A stretch of DNA of 38,393 bases from a virus. The translations under genes and the position numbers were made by a program. The stretch is taken from positions 1-38,393 of IMG/VR virus record IMGVR_UViG_3300037509_000021; one strand, written 5' to 3'. Positions 1-8,206 of this stretch are shown piece after piece. Every line of letters begins with the position of its first letter. The first letter of the stretch is position 1. Under the pieces are notes generated by a model that did no database searches, was not told the origin of the DNA, and worked only from the letters and a program-made list of their open reading frames with translations.

Positions 1-127
1 ATGACTTCTCTCAGCATGACAGCGGCTCGCCTGGAGGCGGCATAACGCCTATCAATGCCCCGAGCTTCGGTCTCGACACCGATGCGCTCATCTTTCAAGG
101 GATTCTTCATGTTTCGGGTGGTTCGAG
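1..127. repeat. Terminal direct repeat, copy 1; identical to 38267..38393 (circular-assembly overlap or terminal redundancy)
   Basis: Bases 1-127 (atgacttctctcagcatgac...cgggtggttcgag) recur base-for-base as the last 127 bases of the window. Confidence 0.95.
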
Positions 128-1793
128 TATTAAGAGCTACGACCGCCCCGGAGACGATTGGGACACGAGAGTAACTGGCCTTTCGGCAGCCGCACCACAC
201 CCGCTCTGTGTAGCGGAGCACCTTGATAGCCTTGCCGTAGGTAACGGTAACAGCGTGCGGCTTTATGACGACAACTATTCCCTCACCACCACGCTCGTCA
301 TTCCCGAAGAGTACGTTGTAACCTGCATTCGTTTTCGGCAGGATAGGCTCTATATTGGGACTAGAAACGTAGGTGGAGGTTCGGCGAAGATGTTCATTTG
401 GACGGGGGCAGGATCGGCAGCCCAAGCCGCTTACTCGGTGAACGCAGACTGGATTTATTCCGTATGTGAATACGGGAGCTCCATGACGCTCTGCCTAAGT
501 TCAGGTCAAGTCGTGCGCTTCAACGGCGGCGGTTTCGACCACCTCACCGCCTTCCCTGTTTATTACACGCCTTACTCGTGGACGCGGAAGAACGCCTCCG
601 AAGATCGTCTTGTCGGTCGTATGGGTTCGCGCGGTATGGATGCTCTGGGTGAAACGCTGTACTTGAACATTTCAGGCGAGCTTGAAAACGATAGGAACGC
701 GGCCCCCGGTAAGTACCTTCCTTCTATGCCCTCCGGTCTCTGGACATACGACCCCGATACGGGCCTCAACCACCGCGCGGGCTACAACTACACAACCCGC
801 GTCAACCTCACCCCCACAACCGTGGCGTCCTCCCACCTCGTGTTCTCAGAAGCTCATGGTGCTGAGACAGGTGACGCAGTGCTCTACAGTGATCAGAGCG
901 GCATCACAGGGCTCACGGAAGGACAGATCTATTACGCCATCAAGGACAGCGACACCTCTATTATGCTTGCGCTTACCCCTGCGGACGCCTTGAACGGCGA
1001 CCATATAACACTCTCAGGCACTCCCGCAGCGGGGGACGTGTTCCAATTCGACTCGCATAAAAGTGCTTCAGCTCTCACAGTCGAGGAACCGGGCGCAGTT
1101 ATGGTCTTCAGTCGAGAGCACCCTAACCTTTTCTACGGCTCCGAGGTCCTTTTCGGAGGCACGACCTACAACGAGGATATGGACGACATCTCCGTGCTGC
1201 TCTCGCTCGGTATGGGGCGCAACGTGGGGCATTTCGTGACTCCCAAGATTCTTGCCAACAGGATTCAGGACACCTTCAACAAGATAGTGAACAAATACAC
1301 CCCGTTTATCCTTCCTACCCAGGAAATAGTTGTCAAATACCGCCTGGAAGAGCGCTACGGCTTCCCGGTAAGCACCCGATTCAGCAGCGCGGGGCTCGCC
1401 ACCTGGACCTCAACGAGCACTTTCACGGTAGATACCCGTTATCGGGACTTCAAAAGGGCCGAGATAGGGGACGAGATAAGTGTTGTAGAGGGCTCTGGAG
1501 CGGGCTACACGGCCCATATAACGGCCATAAGCAACGTTGGAGACACCTATACAGTCACGCTCGACGAGGAGTTTCCTGTGGAAACCGGGGAAGTTATGGA
1601 CTTTGTGCTCGACAATTGGAAGAAACTCACCACCATCACGACCGAGAGCAACGACCACAGTGACGCTTTCAACACCTCAGGTATCGACAAGGCTCAGTCG
1701 AAGTGGGCACAGTTCAAGATAGAACTCCGGGGTGTGAATATGGCTCTTGAGCAGGTTATTATCAACAATGAACCGCACCAAAAGGTGCTATAG
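3..1793 (+). CDS. Tail tubular B / nozzle-like large virion protein, 3' part of a gene split by the window ends
   Basis: The frame is open from base 3. Through the 127-bp overlap it continues in frame from the ORF starting at ATG 37990, giving a joined product of 689 aa. It lies directly upstream of the internal virion proteins. Function is inferred from size and synteny only. Confidence 0.45.
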   Translation, partial: DFSQHDSGSPGGGITPINAPSFGLDTDALIFQGILHVSGGSSIKSYDRPGDDWDTRVTGLSAAAPHPLCVAEHLDSLAVGNGNSVRLYDDNYSLTTTLVIPEEYVVTCIRFRQDRLYIGTRNVGGGSAKMFIWTGAGSAAQAAYSVNADWIYSVCEYGSSMTLCLSSGQVVRFNGGGFDHLTAFPVYYTPYSWTRKNASEDRLVGRMGSRGMDALGETLYLNISGELENDRNAAPGKYLPSMPSGLWTYDPDTGLNHRAGYNYTTRVNLTPTTVASSHLVFSEAHGAETGDAVLYSDQSGITGLTEGQIYYAIKDSDTSIMLALTPADALNGDHITLSGTPAAGDVFQFDSHKSASALTVEEPGAVMVFSREHPNLFYGSEVLFGGTTYNEDMDDISVLLSLGMGRNVGHFVTPKILANRIQDTFNKIVNKYTPFILPTQEIVVKYRLEERYGFPVSTRFSSAGLATWTSTSTFTVDTRYRDFKRAEIGDEISVVEGSGAGYTAHITAISNVGDTYTVTLDEEFPVETGEVMDFVLDNWKKLTTITTESNDHSDAFNTSGIDKAQSKWAQFKIELRGVNMALEQVIINNEPHQKVL

Positions 1794-1805
1794 TGTCAAT
1801 ACCAT

Positions 1806-3827
1806 ATGGCTCTCAGGATACCAGCACCGTCCGAACTCAGGATAGCTCCGCTCACCCCTCCACCAGTCAATCCTGTGGCTCCCGCGCCAGTACAACCGGC
1901 ACCACTTGCGACCCCTATAACCGCGAATACCACTACCGCGACGACACAACCAGCCGCCCCAGCCACGGTAGCTGCTCCGGTCATTCCAGTTTCCGCTATT
2001 ACAAGTACTACGACCCCCGCTCCCGTAGCCGTTACCTCAGTACCGCCCGCTACAGCCACAGCTGGAGAACTTGCCGCCATCGGCACTCAGACTGACGACT
2101 TCCTTAAAAACCTCCAGCAGACTGCCACAACGAGGGAACAAGCATCGAACTCCTCCCTGAACGCCTATCTGCAGTCTCTCCTTGGGAGCGAAGGCGAGGA
2201 GACAATGCGTAATGAGCTGTACACAAACTCCGTCGACCCGCTTCAGGCCGAACTCACGGACATAAATGATCAGATGCGTAGGGAACAGCACTCGAACGTG
2301 CGTCGCCTCGAAGACTTGGAGAAGAACGCCCGCGGCATGACGGCGGCGGGGCTCGACGCCGAGAAGAATCGCATAAACACCGAATCCCTGCGCCGTCAGG
2401 CCGACTTAGCTATCATTCAGCTGTCGAGACAGGGTAGGTACGATAGCGCCAAGGCAATAGCCGACCGCGCCGTAGCAGCCGAGTTCGAGAAGCAGCAACT
2501 CCGCAACGAGACACTGAAATTCGTCTACGAGCAGAATAAAGACAAGTTCACGACCGCTGAGCAGCGGGCGTTTGAGACAGCACAGAGTGATCGTGAAAGG
2601 AGTCTTGAAAACCAACAGTACGCTGCTCGGTCACGCTTTGACCAAGTTATCAAAGAGAACGATCCGCTCTACAGGGAACAACTTGCGGCTCTTCAGCGCG
2701 GTGAGGGCCAGATCGTCGAACTCGCCGACGGCACAAAAGTCTTCTACAACACGAAGACGAACACCAGCACACCTATCGCCAATGGCCTTACCGGAGCTAC
2801 AGGCGCAGACGCAGCGGTACAGGCTATTTACACCTTCGAATCAGGCGGCGACTACAATGCTCTGGGCAAGCCCAACTCCAAGGGTCAGCGAGCATATGGC
2901 AAGTACCAGGTCATGGACTTTAACATCCCAAGCTGGACGAAGAAATACTACGGTCAGTCCCTTACGCCTCAGGAATACCTTGCGAATCCGGCAGCACAGG
3001 ATGCCGTTGGCCGTGGCTATATAACCGAGGAGTGGAACAAGCACGGTAACATCCGCGACGTAGCGACCATGTTCTTCCATGGCAAGACCTGGGCACAGGC
3101 AGAGAAAGATGGCAGCCTCGATGTTGCAGATGCCAACGGAACGACCGTGCGGCAGTACATCAATCGAGTCGAAGGCGACTTTAATAAGATACAGGCGGCG
3201 GCAATACCGAAAACAACTGTAGCAGGCGAGACTGGTTCTACAACGACTTTTGCTAACGCAGCGGCGTATCAGGGACTCACCAACCCCCAGAAGACACGCG
3301 CGGTCGCACTCGACAACCTTGTGACTGAGCTAAATCGTTACCGATCGCTTTACGACTCCAAGGTCGGAGCGGCTGGCGGCAATATCTTTGGTAGTGACTC
3401 CGCCGAATTGCAGTCGCAATTCAACACCCTCATGTTCGCCATGGCGCAGGCCGAGGGAACTGGTGCGCTTCAAGCTCCCGACCGCGAGGTGCTTGAAAAG
3501 GCCATCCCCAACCCAACGTCGGCCGCTGGAGCGTTCAATACGTTCACGAAGGGGGGTCGGGCTGGCGGCCTGAAGCAACTCGATACCCAGATACAGAAAT
3601 ACACCAACCAGCTAGGCACGTTCGGCCTTCAGCCTACGGGTCAGCAACAGACTGTCTTGCCTAACGGGGGGTTGGAGATGACGGGAGCAGACGCTAACGA
3701 CCTGATAGGCGAGGACATCTACGATTCTGTCCTCGGCGAGTCCTACGCAAACGACCCCCAGACATACGACCAGGCGGTCGAAAGTGGGGTGGGTAACTTG
3801 GTACGTAACCTATTCATAGGCCTCTAG
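1806..3827 (+). CDS. Internal virion protein with lytic transglycosylase (SLT-like) domain
   Basis: 673 aa. Pro/Ala/Thr-rich N-terminus, coiled-coil centre, then FESGGDYNALG...AYGKYQVMDFNIPSW (Glu-Ser catalytic motif plus YGxxQ). Confidence 0.7.
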   Translation: MALRIPAPSELRIAPLTPPPVNPVAPAPVQPAPLATPITANTTTATTQPAAPATVAAPVIPVSAITSTTTPAPVAVTSVPPATATAGELAAIGTQTDDFLKNLQQTATTREQASNSSLNAYLQSLLGSEGEETMRNELYTNSVDPLQAELTDINDQMRREQHSNVRRLEDLEKNARGMTAAGLDAEKNRINTESLRRQADLAIIQLSRQGRYDSAKAIADRAVAAEFEKQQLRNETLKFVYEQNKDKFTTAEQRAFETAQSDRERSLENQQYAARSRFDQVIKENDPLYREQLAALQRGEGQIVELADGTKVFYNTKTNTSTPIANGLTGATGADAAVQAIYTFESGGDYNALGKPNSKGQRAYGKYQVMDFNIPSWTKKYYGQSLTPQEYLANPAAQDAVGRGYITEEWNKHGNIRDVATMFFHGKTWAQAEKDGSLDVADANGTTVRQYINRVEGDFNKIQAAAIPKTTVAGETGSTTTFANAAAYQGLTNPQKTRAVALDNLVTELNRYRSLYDSKVGAAGGNIFGSDSAELQSQFNTLMFAMAQAEGTGALQAPDREVLEKAIPNPTSAAGAFNTFTKGGRAGGLKQLDTQIQKYTNQLGTFGLQPTGQQQTVLPNGGLEMTGADANDLIGEDIYDSVLGESYANDPQTYDQAVESGVGNLVRNLFIGL

Positions 3828-3828
3828 T

Positions 3829-6800
3829 ATGGCTCAACTGACTCCAGAACAGCTACAGCGCCTCTTGAGCAGCGGCCTCTCAAGATCTCAGGTGGAACAG
3901 ATAGCCGCCAGTCGCGGCGACACCGTACCTGGGCCTACGATTCTTGGTTCTATCGCACAACCTTTCATACAGGGTGCCTTACGCGGGGGACAGGCAATCG
4001 GAGCGCTTGCTGCCACCGCTCTCGGCCGTAAACCAGAGAACATCCAAAGGGAAACCGAGGAAGCGCGGGTATTTAGGGCTCCTCTCTTGGGTACGATAGC
4101 GATTGAAGGACAGAGACCCATCGACACCCAACGAGGCCGGCAGCAGATCATAGGCCAGGGAGCTGAAACGGTAGGTATGGCCGTTCCGGTGGGGCGCGTC
4201 GCCACCACAGTAGGGAAAGCTCTTGGAGGCGGTACGGTCGCGCGAACCGCTGGGTGGTCTACTGGTCTTGGTACTGCCGGATATGGTGTCGAGACGGGTA
4301 TCAAGCTCCAAGAGGGTGCCCCAGACCCTTATAGCCCAGGCCTCGGTACAGCAGTTTCCGCTGGGCTTCCCGTCGCAGGTCGTGTGGGGCTCGGCGCTGC
4401 TCGGCTGGGGGCGAACACTACGCGTGTAGCTTATGCAAAGGCAGCAGGACTGAGCCAAGATACCATCACAACAATCTTAACCGATCCGAAAGCCTTTACG
4501 GCGGCCCAGAAGACGGGGCAGGATAGGGTTTCCTTAGGAAACCTGGTTGGTAAGCGTTTCGAGCAGCTTGATACTGAGCTCGGCGAGCTTGGCCCCGCTT
4601 ATGACGCCATCCGCGCGGCACCGAAGACAGTGAAGCTTGCCGATAACCCGGTAGATAACGTCCTCGCAAAACACGGTATTCAGCTCCAGGACGGGAGACT
4701 CAGGCTTTCACCCGAGTCACCACCCCTCTCTTCGGGAGATGTAAACGCCCTGGAGCGTTTTGTGGGCCAGTATGCGGCTGCAGACGAGCTCACTCCCGCC
4801 GGTTTCCTCATGGGCCGCCGCGCGCTCGACAAACTCGCCGACTGGAGTACGGACACGACTAAAGATGTACAGAATCTGGCCCGAGAGATACGGCGTAGTT
4901 GGGATGAGGTCGGCTCCACTCAGCTGCCGGGCCTTAAAGATGTAGATGCTCAATACTCACCACGAGTACGAGAACTCAGAGCTATCCAGAAAGAGTACCT
5001 GCAGAGAGACGACACGGGAGCTTGGATACTCAAAGACAACGCTCTCACCAAGATAACCAACGCGACGAACAAGGGTCGTGAGCAGATCCTCGGGCGTCTT
5101 GAAAAATACGTACCTGGCATAAGCCAGCAGATACAGCTCGTACGTGCCATAGAAGACGTCGCAGGCGCAGCGCAGGGCGTGCGGCCTGGAAACTACGTAC
5201 AGAGCGGTGCTCTTCTTGGCGCAGGTTACGGAGTCGCTACCGCGAACCCCATCCTCGCGGTTCTCGGTGCAATCATAGCTATTCCGCAGCTCTCTATACC
5301 TATCCTTATAGCTTTCGCCAAGGTGTCTTCTATTCCGCGGGGTGTCGTAAAGCGTATTGTGGGCAAGTTAGTGGAGGGGCGTACTTTGACGGACAAGGAG
5401 CTTGTACTCTGGCGGCAGGCAATGGTGAACCACCTGGAGCGGGTCTCCCCAGGGGACAAGCTGTTCGACTCAGGGATGCCGCAGAAAGCCCTCGCTTACG
5501 CCAACAACATCCGTCCGGGCCTCTCAGTACAGGATGTGACACGGGGCGCTGCAGTGACCTCCCCGGAGGCTTTCAAGAACTTCGACGACCTCTCGACCAA
5601 GCTCCTCGGCAAGCTCGAAGGCAGAACTACCGTATCCCGCCAGTTCATTCAGGATCTCACCAACTCCCCTGATCTTAAGCAGGCCGAAAGGGACTTGATA
5701 CGAAATGCGCTTGAGGATATAGCTCCGCTCAGCGCTTCTTCTGCCGGTAACGCCACCACTATAAATGTGCCCGAGTTCGCCGCCAGGGTAAAGGGTGAGT
5801 TGCTGCCGCTTAACAGGAATAACGTAGGAGACACTGGCAAGACACGCGGACTTTCCCCGAAATACGAGAACGTGAGCCTGCCAGACGAACTACGTGGCCC
5901 TGTTGCTGACTACCGGGAACATGTGTACGAGTCGCCAATCAAAACTTCAGCAGGGGGCGTTCATTTCTCGTCTGGTGAAAATCCTAACTACTTCGCCCAC
6001 TCCCGTATAGAGGACTTGCCTACCTCGCGCGAAGAGATTAGTCCGTATATAGGGGATTACTCTTGGGGCGAAGAAATCCCGCCTCTATCGAAGGAACCTA
6101 CCCGCCGCGTCATAGAGATACAGTCCGACCTCTTCCAGAGGGGGCGTATGGAGGAGGAGTTCGGTTCCAACAAGGAGGTCAACGAAGCCGCCATGCGGAA
6201 GTTCTATAACAACAATCCTGACTCGGAGTGGCGCATCACAGAAGCAAAAGAGAAGGCCGCAGCACTTGCCAAGCTCGAACCCTACCGCAACACCTGGCAC
6301 GAGCGCGTCATACGCGAGGAAGTGAAACGTGCAGCACAGGACGGCAAGACCAAGCTCCAGTTCCCTACTGGCGAGACTGCTATGAAGATTGAGGGGTTGG
6401 GTCAAGGCACGGGTAACTGGCGCGTGGGCGACCCTAAATATGACGACGCGTATCGTGACCTACTCACACAAGACAACATGAAAGTTGGCGGGCGTATTCA
6501 AGGCGACCACGGTGAGTACATCATCACAGACGTACTAGGAGACGGTAAGTTCAAAGCAGTGCAAGCTAGGGATATAGACCCTGAAGTCGTGACTCGCCTA
6601 CGAAGTGGCGAAGTGCCACCAAAACTCAGAGGAAATCTCGACTACCAAAGTGAGCAGTTCGACATATCAGGAAAAGTAGATACCGAGAACCCTATCTACC
6701 AGTGGTACGAGGGTGTGGGCATGCATAAAGGAGAGGGCCTGGGAGCGTATATGCGGAAGCGTCTCAAGGCCCGTAGGGTGACTGACGCCCGGGGAGTCGA

Positions 6801-6930
6801 ATGGTGGGAGATAGATGTGAGTCCTGAGCAAGCCCGTAGGCCTGTTGAGGCGTTCGCAGCCGCACCTGTCGGGGCATCTCTAATTGGTCAGGATCAACCA
6901 GAGCGCGAAGAGATGCGCTCCCCAGAATAG
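3829..6930 (+). CDS. Large internal virion / DNA-ejection (core) protein
   Basis: 1033 aa, starting 2 nt after the previous stop. Gly/Ala-rich N-terminal third and a hydrophobic segment (GALLGAGYGVATANPILAVLGAIIAIPQLSIPILIAF). Its position after the SLT protein matches podovirus core proteins. Confidence 0.45.
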   Translation: MAQLTPEQLQRLLSSGLSRSQVEQIAASRGDTVPGPTILGSIAQPFIQGALRGGQAIGALAATALGRKPENIQRETEEARVFRAPLLGTIAIEGQRPIDTQRGRQQIIGQGAETVGMAVPVGRVATTVGKALGGGTVARTAGWSTGLGTAGYGVETGIKLQEGAPDPYSPGLGTAVSAGLPVAGRVGLGAARLGANTTRVAYAKAAGLSQDTITTILTDPKAFTAAQKTGQDRVSLGNLVGKRFEQLDTELGELGPAYDAIRAAPKTVKLADNPVDNVLAKHGIQLQDGRLRLSPESPPLSSGDVNALERFVGQYAAADELTPAGFLMGRRALDKLADWSTDTTKDVQNLAREIRRSWDEVGSTQLPGLKDVDAQYSPRVRELRAIQKEYLQRDDTGAWILKDNALTKITNATNKGREQILGRLEKYVPGISQQIQLVRAIEDVAGAAQGVRPGNYVQSGALLGAGYGVATANPILAVLGAIIAIPQLSIPILIAFAKVSSIPRGVVKRIVGKLVEGRTLTDKELVLWRQAMVNHLERVSPGDKLFDSGMPQKALAYANNIRPGLSVQDVTRGAAVTSPEAFKNFDDLSTKLLGKLEGRTTVSRQFIQDLTNSPDLKQAERDLIRNALEDIAPLSASSAGNATTINVPEFAARVKGELLPLNRNNVGDTGKTRGLSPKYENVSLPDELRGPVADYREHVYESPIKTSAGGVHFSSGENPNYFAHSRIEDLPTSREEISPYIGDYSWGEEIPPLSKEPTRRVIEIQSDLFQRGRMEEEFGSNKEVNEAAMRKFYNNNPDSEWRITEAKEKAAALAKLEPYRNTWHERVIREEVKRAAQDGKTKLQFPTGETAMKIEGLGQGTGNWRVGDPKYDDAYRDLLTQDNMKVGGRIQGDHGEYIITDVLGDGKFKAVQARDIDPEVVTRLRSGEVPPKLRGNLDYQSEQFDISGKVDTENPIYQWYEGVGMHKGEGLGAYMRKRLKARRVTDARGVEWWEIDVSPEQARRPVEAFAAAPVGASLIGQDQPEREEMRSPE

Positions 6931-6959
6931 ATTCCACAGAATAGGTCGTACCCCGTACA

Positions 6960-7097
6960 TTATTGGATGTGCCGCGGCAGGAGTATAAGCCAGTCAAGCG
7001 CTGTCTTTATGTCGGTACTTATATTCATGGTCATCCACAGATTGACGGCCAGCATCCCGAACAGCACCCAGAACCCAGTTTCTTTGTGTAGTTTCAT
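6960..7097 (-). CDS. Small hydrophobic protein (45 aa), hypothetical
   Basis: ATG at 7097..7095, TAA at 6962..6960. Product MKLHKETGFWVLFGMLAVNLWMTMNISTDIKTALDWLILLPRHIQ has one hydrophobic helix. It lies downstream of the -10-like 18-bp repeat copy at 7219..7236 (minus orientation). Confidence 0.3.
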   Translation of the reverse strand: MKLHKETGFWVLFGMLAVNLWMTMNISTDIKTALDWLILLPRHIQ

Positions 7098-7137
7098 ATC
7101 TAAGGACTATACATGACTTACCTGGCTTAAAAGGGAA

Positions 7138-7177
7138 GTTATCCCCAGTGAGGCGACTCTATATCTAGAGGTAGGAT
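7138..7177 (+). promoter_or_regulatory. Candidate promoter P1 (GTTATCCCCA box plus TAGGAT -10)
   Basis: GTTATCCCCA at 7138..7147. TAGGAT at 7172..7177, 31 nt after the A of ATCC. Confidence 0.4.
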
Positions 7178-7218
7178 GGGTGGAGGCCCCCTTGGATAGC
7201 CGAGATACATATGCACAA

Positions 7219-7236
7219 TCCTTCGCACAATATACC
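7219..7236. repeat. 18-bp direct repeat TCCTTCGCACAATATACC, copy 1
   Basis: Identical to 8189..8206. Its reverse complement reads GGTATATTGTGCGAAGGA, which contains the -10-like TATATT. Confidence 0.9.
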
Positions 7237-7300
7237 GAGTCCGAAGTCAAGGGTGCAATAAGTGGGCGGTATTTTACCGATCCGTAAAGACTGGGGAAGT

Positions 7301-7341
7301 GGTATCCACACCCGCTCGGTAAGGCGAGAAATGCGTATGCT
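7301..7341 (+). promoter_or_regulatory. Candidate promoter P2 (GGTATCCACA box plus TATGCT -10), pointing antisense into the tRNA-like genes
   Basis: GGTATCCACA at 7301..7310. TATGCT at 7336..7341, 32 nt after the A of ATCC, the same geometry as the tail-fibre and portal promoters. Confidence 0.4.
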
Positions 7342-7375
7342 AGGGTGGGGGAGTAGGAGTTAGTTGAGGCGCAAT

Positions 7376-7450
7376 TGGCGCCCCGACCAGGAATCGGACC
7401 TGAACCTCAGGCTTAGTAGGCGAGCGTTCTATCCATTAAACTACCGGGGC
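7376..7450 (-). tRNA. tRNA-like gene 1 with encoded CCA; non-canonical anticodon arm, loop CUACUAA (Arg-ACG-like with U36), identity uncertain
   Basis: Minus strand reads GCCCCGG-UA-GUUU-AAUGGAUA-GAAC-G-CUCGC-CUACUAA-GCCUG-AGGU-UCAGG-UCCGAUU-CCUGG-UCGGGGC-G-CCA. Acceptor stem is 7 bp, D stem 4 bp and T stem 5 bp. The anticodon stem pairs at only 3 of 5 positions. The T loop has C where U55 is expected. Confidence 0.6.
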
Positions 7451-7507
7451 CTCAGTTGAGCCTCGACTAACTCCTTACAGGAGCAGTAGTTCTTACGTTC
7501 AAATCTG

Positions 7508-7577
7508 TGGACCTGAAGGGAATCGAACCCTCGGCATGCAACCCTTGGGAATGAGGCCGCCGCACCACGCCAGGCCC
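7508..7577 (-). tRNA. tRNA-like gene 2 (70 nt, no encoded CCA); Gly-CCC-like loop UUCCCAA but no foldable anticodon or D arm; possible pseudo- or decoy tRNA
   Basis: Acceptor GGGCCUG/CAGGUCC (7 bp, one G.U). The T arm GAGGG-UUCGAUU-CCCUU is canonical. The interior GCGUGGUGCGGCGGCCUCAUUCCCAAGGGUUGCAUGCC does not fold into a standard cloverleaf. Confidence 0.45.
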
Positions 7578-7605
7578 ACGGGTTTGAGCACAAGAACCAC
7601 CCCCT

Positions 7606-7644
7606 ATAGTACTTAAATACCCACTCCGACCGGCCTGGGGATAG
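7606..7644 (-). promoter_or_regulatory. Candidate promoter P3 for the tRNA-like operon (CTATCCCCA box plus TACTAT -10)
   Basis: Minus strand reads GCTATCCCCAGGCCGGTCGGAGTGGGTATTTAAGTACTATAGGGGGTGG. The -10 lies 31 nt after the A of ATCC. The predicted start falls at the first base of the tRNA-2 leader helix. Confidence 0.45.
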
Positions 7645-7645
7645 C

Positions 7646-7676
7646 AAAAACCGCCCTGGTGGGCGGCTTGCTTTTG
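7646..7676. terminator. Bidirectional intrinsic terminator
   Basis: AAAAA-CCGCCC-TGGT-GGGCGG-CTTGCTTTT: a 6-bp GC stem flanked by an A-run and a T-run. It sits immediately downstream of the minus-strand gene 7678..8031 and at the end of the plus-strand antisense unit. Confidence 0.7.
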
Positions 7677-7677
7677 A

Positions 7678-8031
7678 CTAGTAGCTGTTGGTGATGAGTT
7701 GGGCTTTCTGAATTTCGAGCTCGTTTATCTTCATGCGTCGCGCATTTTGAACGCCCGAAGACGAACAGCCTTTGCATATCTTTAGATCATAGTGGCCTGT
7801 TCGGTATTTGAGGACTTCAAGATCTATTTCCGCGATCTTCTTCTGCAGTAGGGAAGGGTCGGTAGAACAACTGGATTTCAGGGTTCGGTTCTCTTTCTTG
7901 AGTGCCTTGACTTGTTTGGTAAGGGACTTCACCTCAGCGGTCAGTTGTGAGAACGTTGGTTTGCTGCTCTTGGCATATGTAGGCACGGCGATTAAGAGCG
8001 CAAGCATGAGCAGCGCGATTTTTAATTTCAT
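7678..8031 (-). CDS. Secreted coiled-coil protein (117 aa), accessory/moron candidate
   Basis: Start at the MKLKIALLMLALLIAVPTYAKSS signal-peptide-like N-terminus (the ORF track extends to 8067). Heptad-rich, four Cys, AT-richer than the flanking regions. Confidence 0.6.
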   Translation of the reverse strand: MKLKIALLMLALLIAVPTYAKSSKPTFSQLTAEVKSLTKQVKALKKENRTLKSSCSTDPSLLQKKIAEIDLEVLKYRTGHYDLKICKGCSSSGVQNARRMKINELEIQKAQLITNSY

Positions 8032-8032
8032 G

Positions 8033-8126
8033 GCAAGGTTTTTTAGTTCTAAAATCCAAAACTCCACCCGGGAGCTGAAACCTTGCGAGTAAACAGCCCC
8101 GGGCAGAGCTTTGGTCGCAAGGTTTT
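8033..8126 (-). promoter_or_regulatory. 5' leader with mutually exclusive pairings that can occlude the start region of gene 7678..8031
   Basis: Plus-strand GCAAGGTTTT occurs at 8033..8042 (abutting the ATG) and within 8115..8126. Both are complementary to AAACCTTGCGA at 8078..8088. Confidence 0.4.
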
Positions 8127-8188
8127 CTTATTATTCGGGTGTTCCCTCAGAGTACCACACGACAAGCGGGCCCAAGCGTTTTATCCCG

Positions 8189-8206
8189 TCCTTCGCACAA
8201 TATACC
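8189..8206. repeat. 18-bp direct repeat TCCTTCGCACAATATACC, copy 2
   Basis: Identical to 7219..7236. It overlaps the -10 and initial transcribed region of promoter P4. Confidence 0.9.

Noticed and set aside
7376-7450. Reading the CUA inside the loop CCUACUAAG of tRNA-like gene 1 as an amber-suppressor anticodon, possibly linked to the (TAG)4 run at 12710..12721
   Set aside because: With CUA as the anticodon, position 33 would be A rather than U. TAG is also the natural stop of at least 13 phage genes, including the capsid, portal, TerL and nozzle genes, so general amber suppression would be harmful.
7597-7620. The minus-strand sequence TATTTAAGTACTATAGGGGGTGG resembles the T7-class single-subunit RNAP promoter core (..CACTATAGGGAGA)
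   Set aside because: No RNA polymerase-sized gene with RNAP motifs is present. The motif occurs once only. The TACTAT fits the shared box-plus-(-10) host-type promoter geometry instead.
7441-7647. 68-aa minus-strand ORF from the ORF track
   Set aside because: It lies entirely over the tRNA-like genes and their promoter, and has no start context or protein-like composition.
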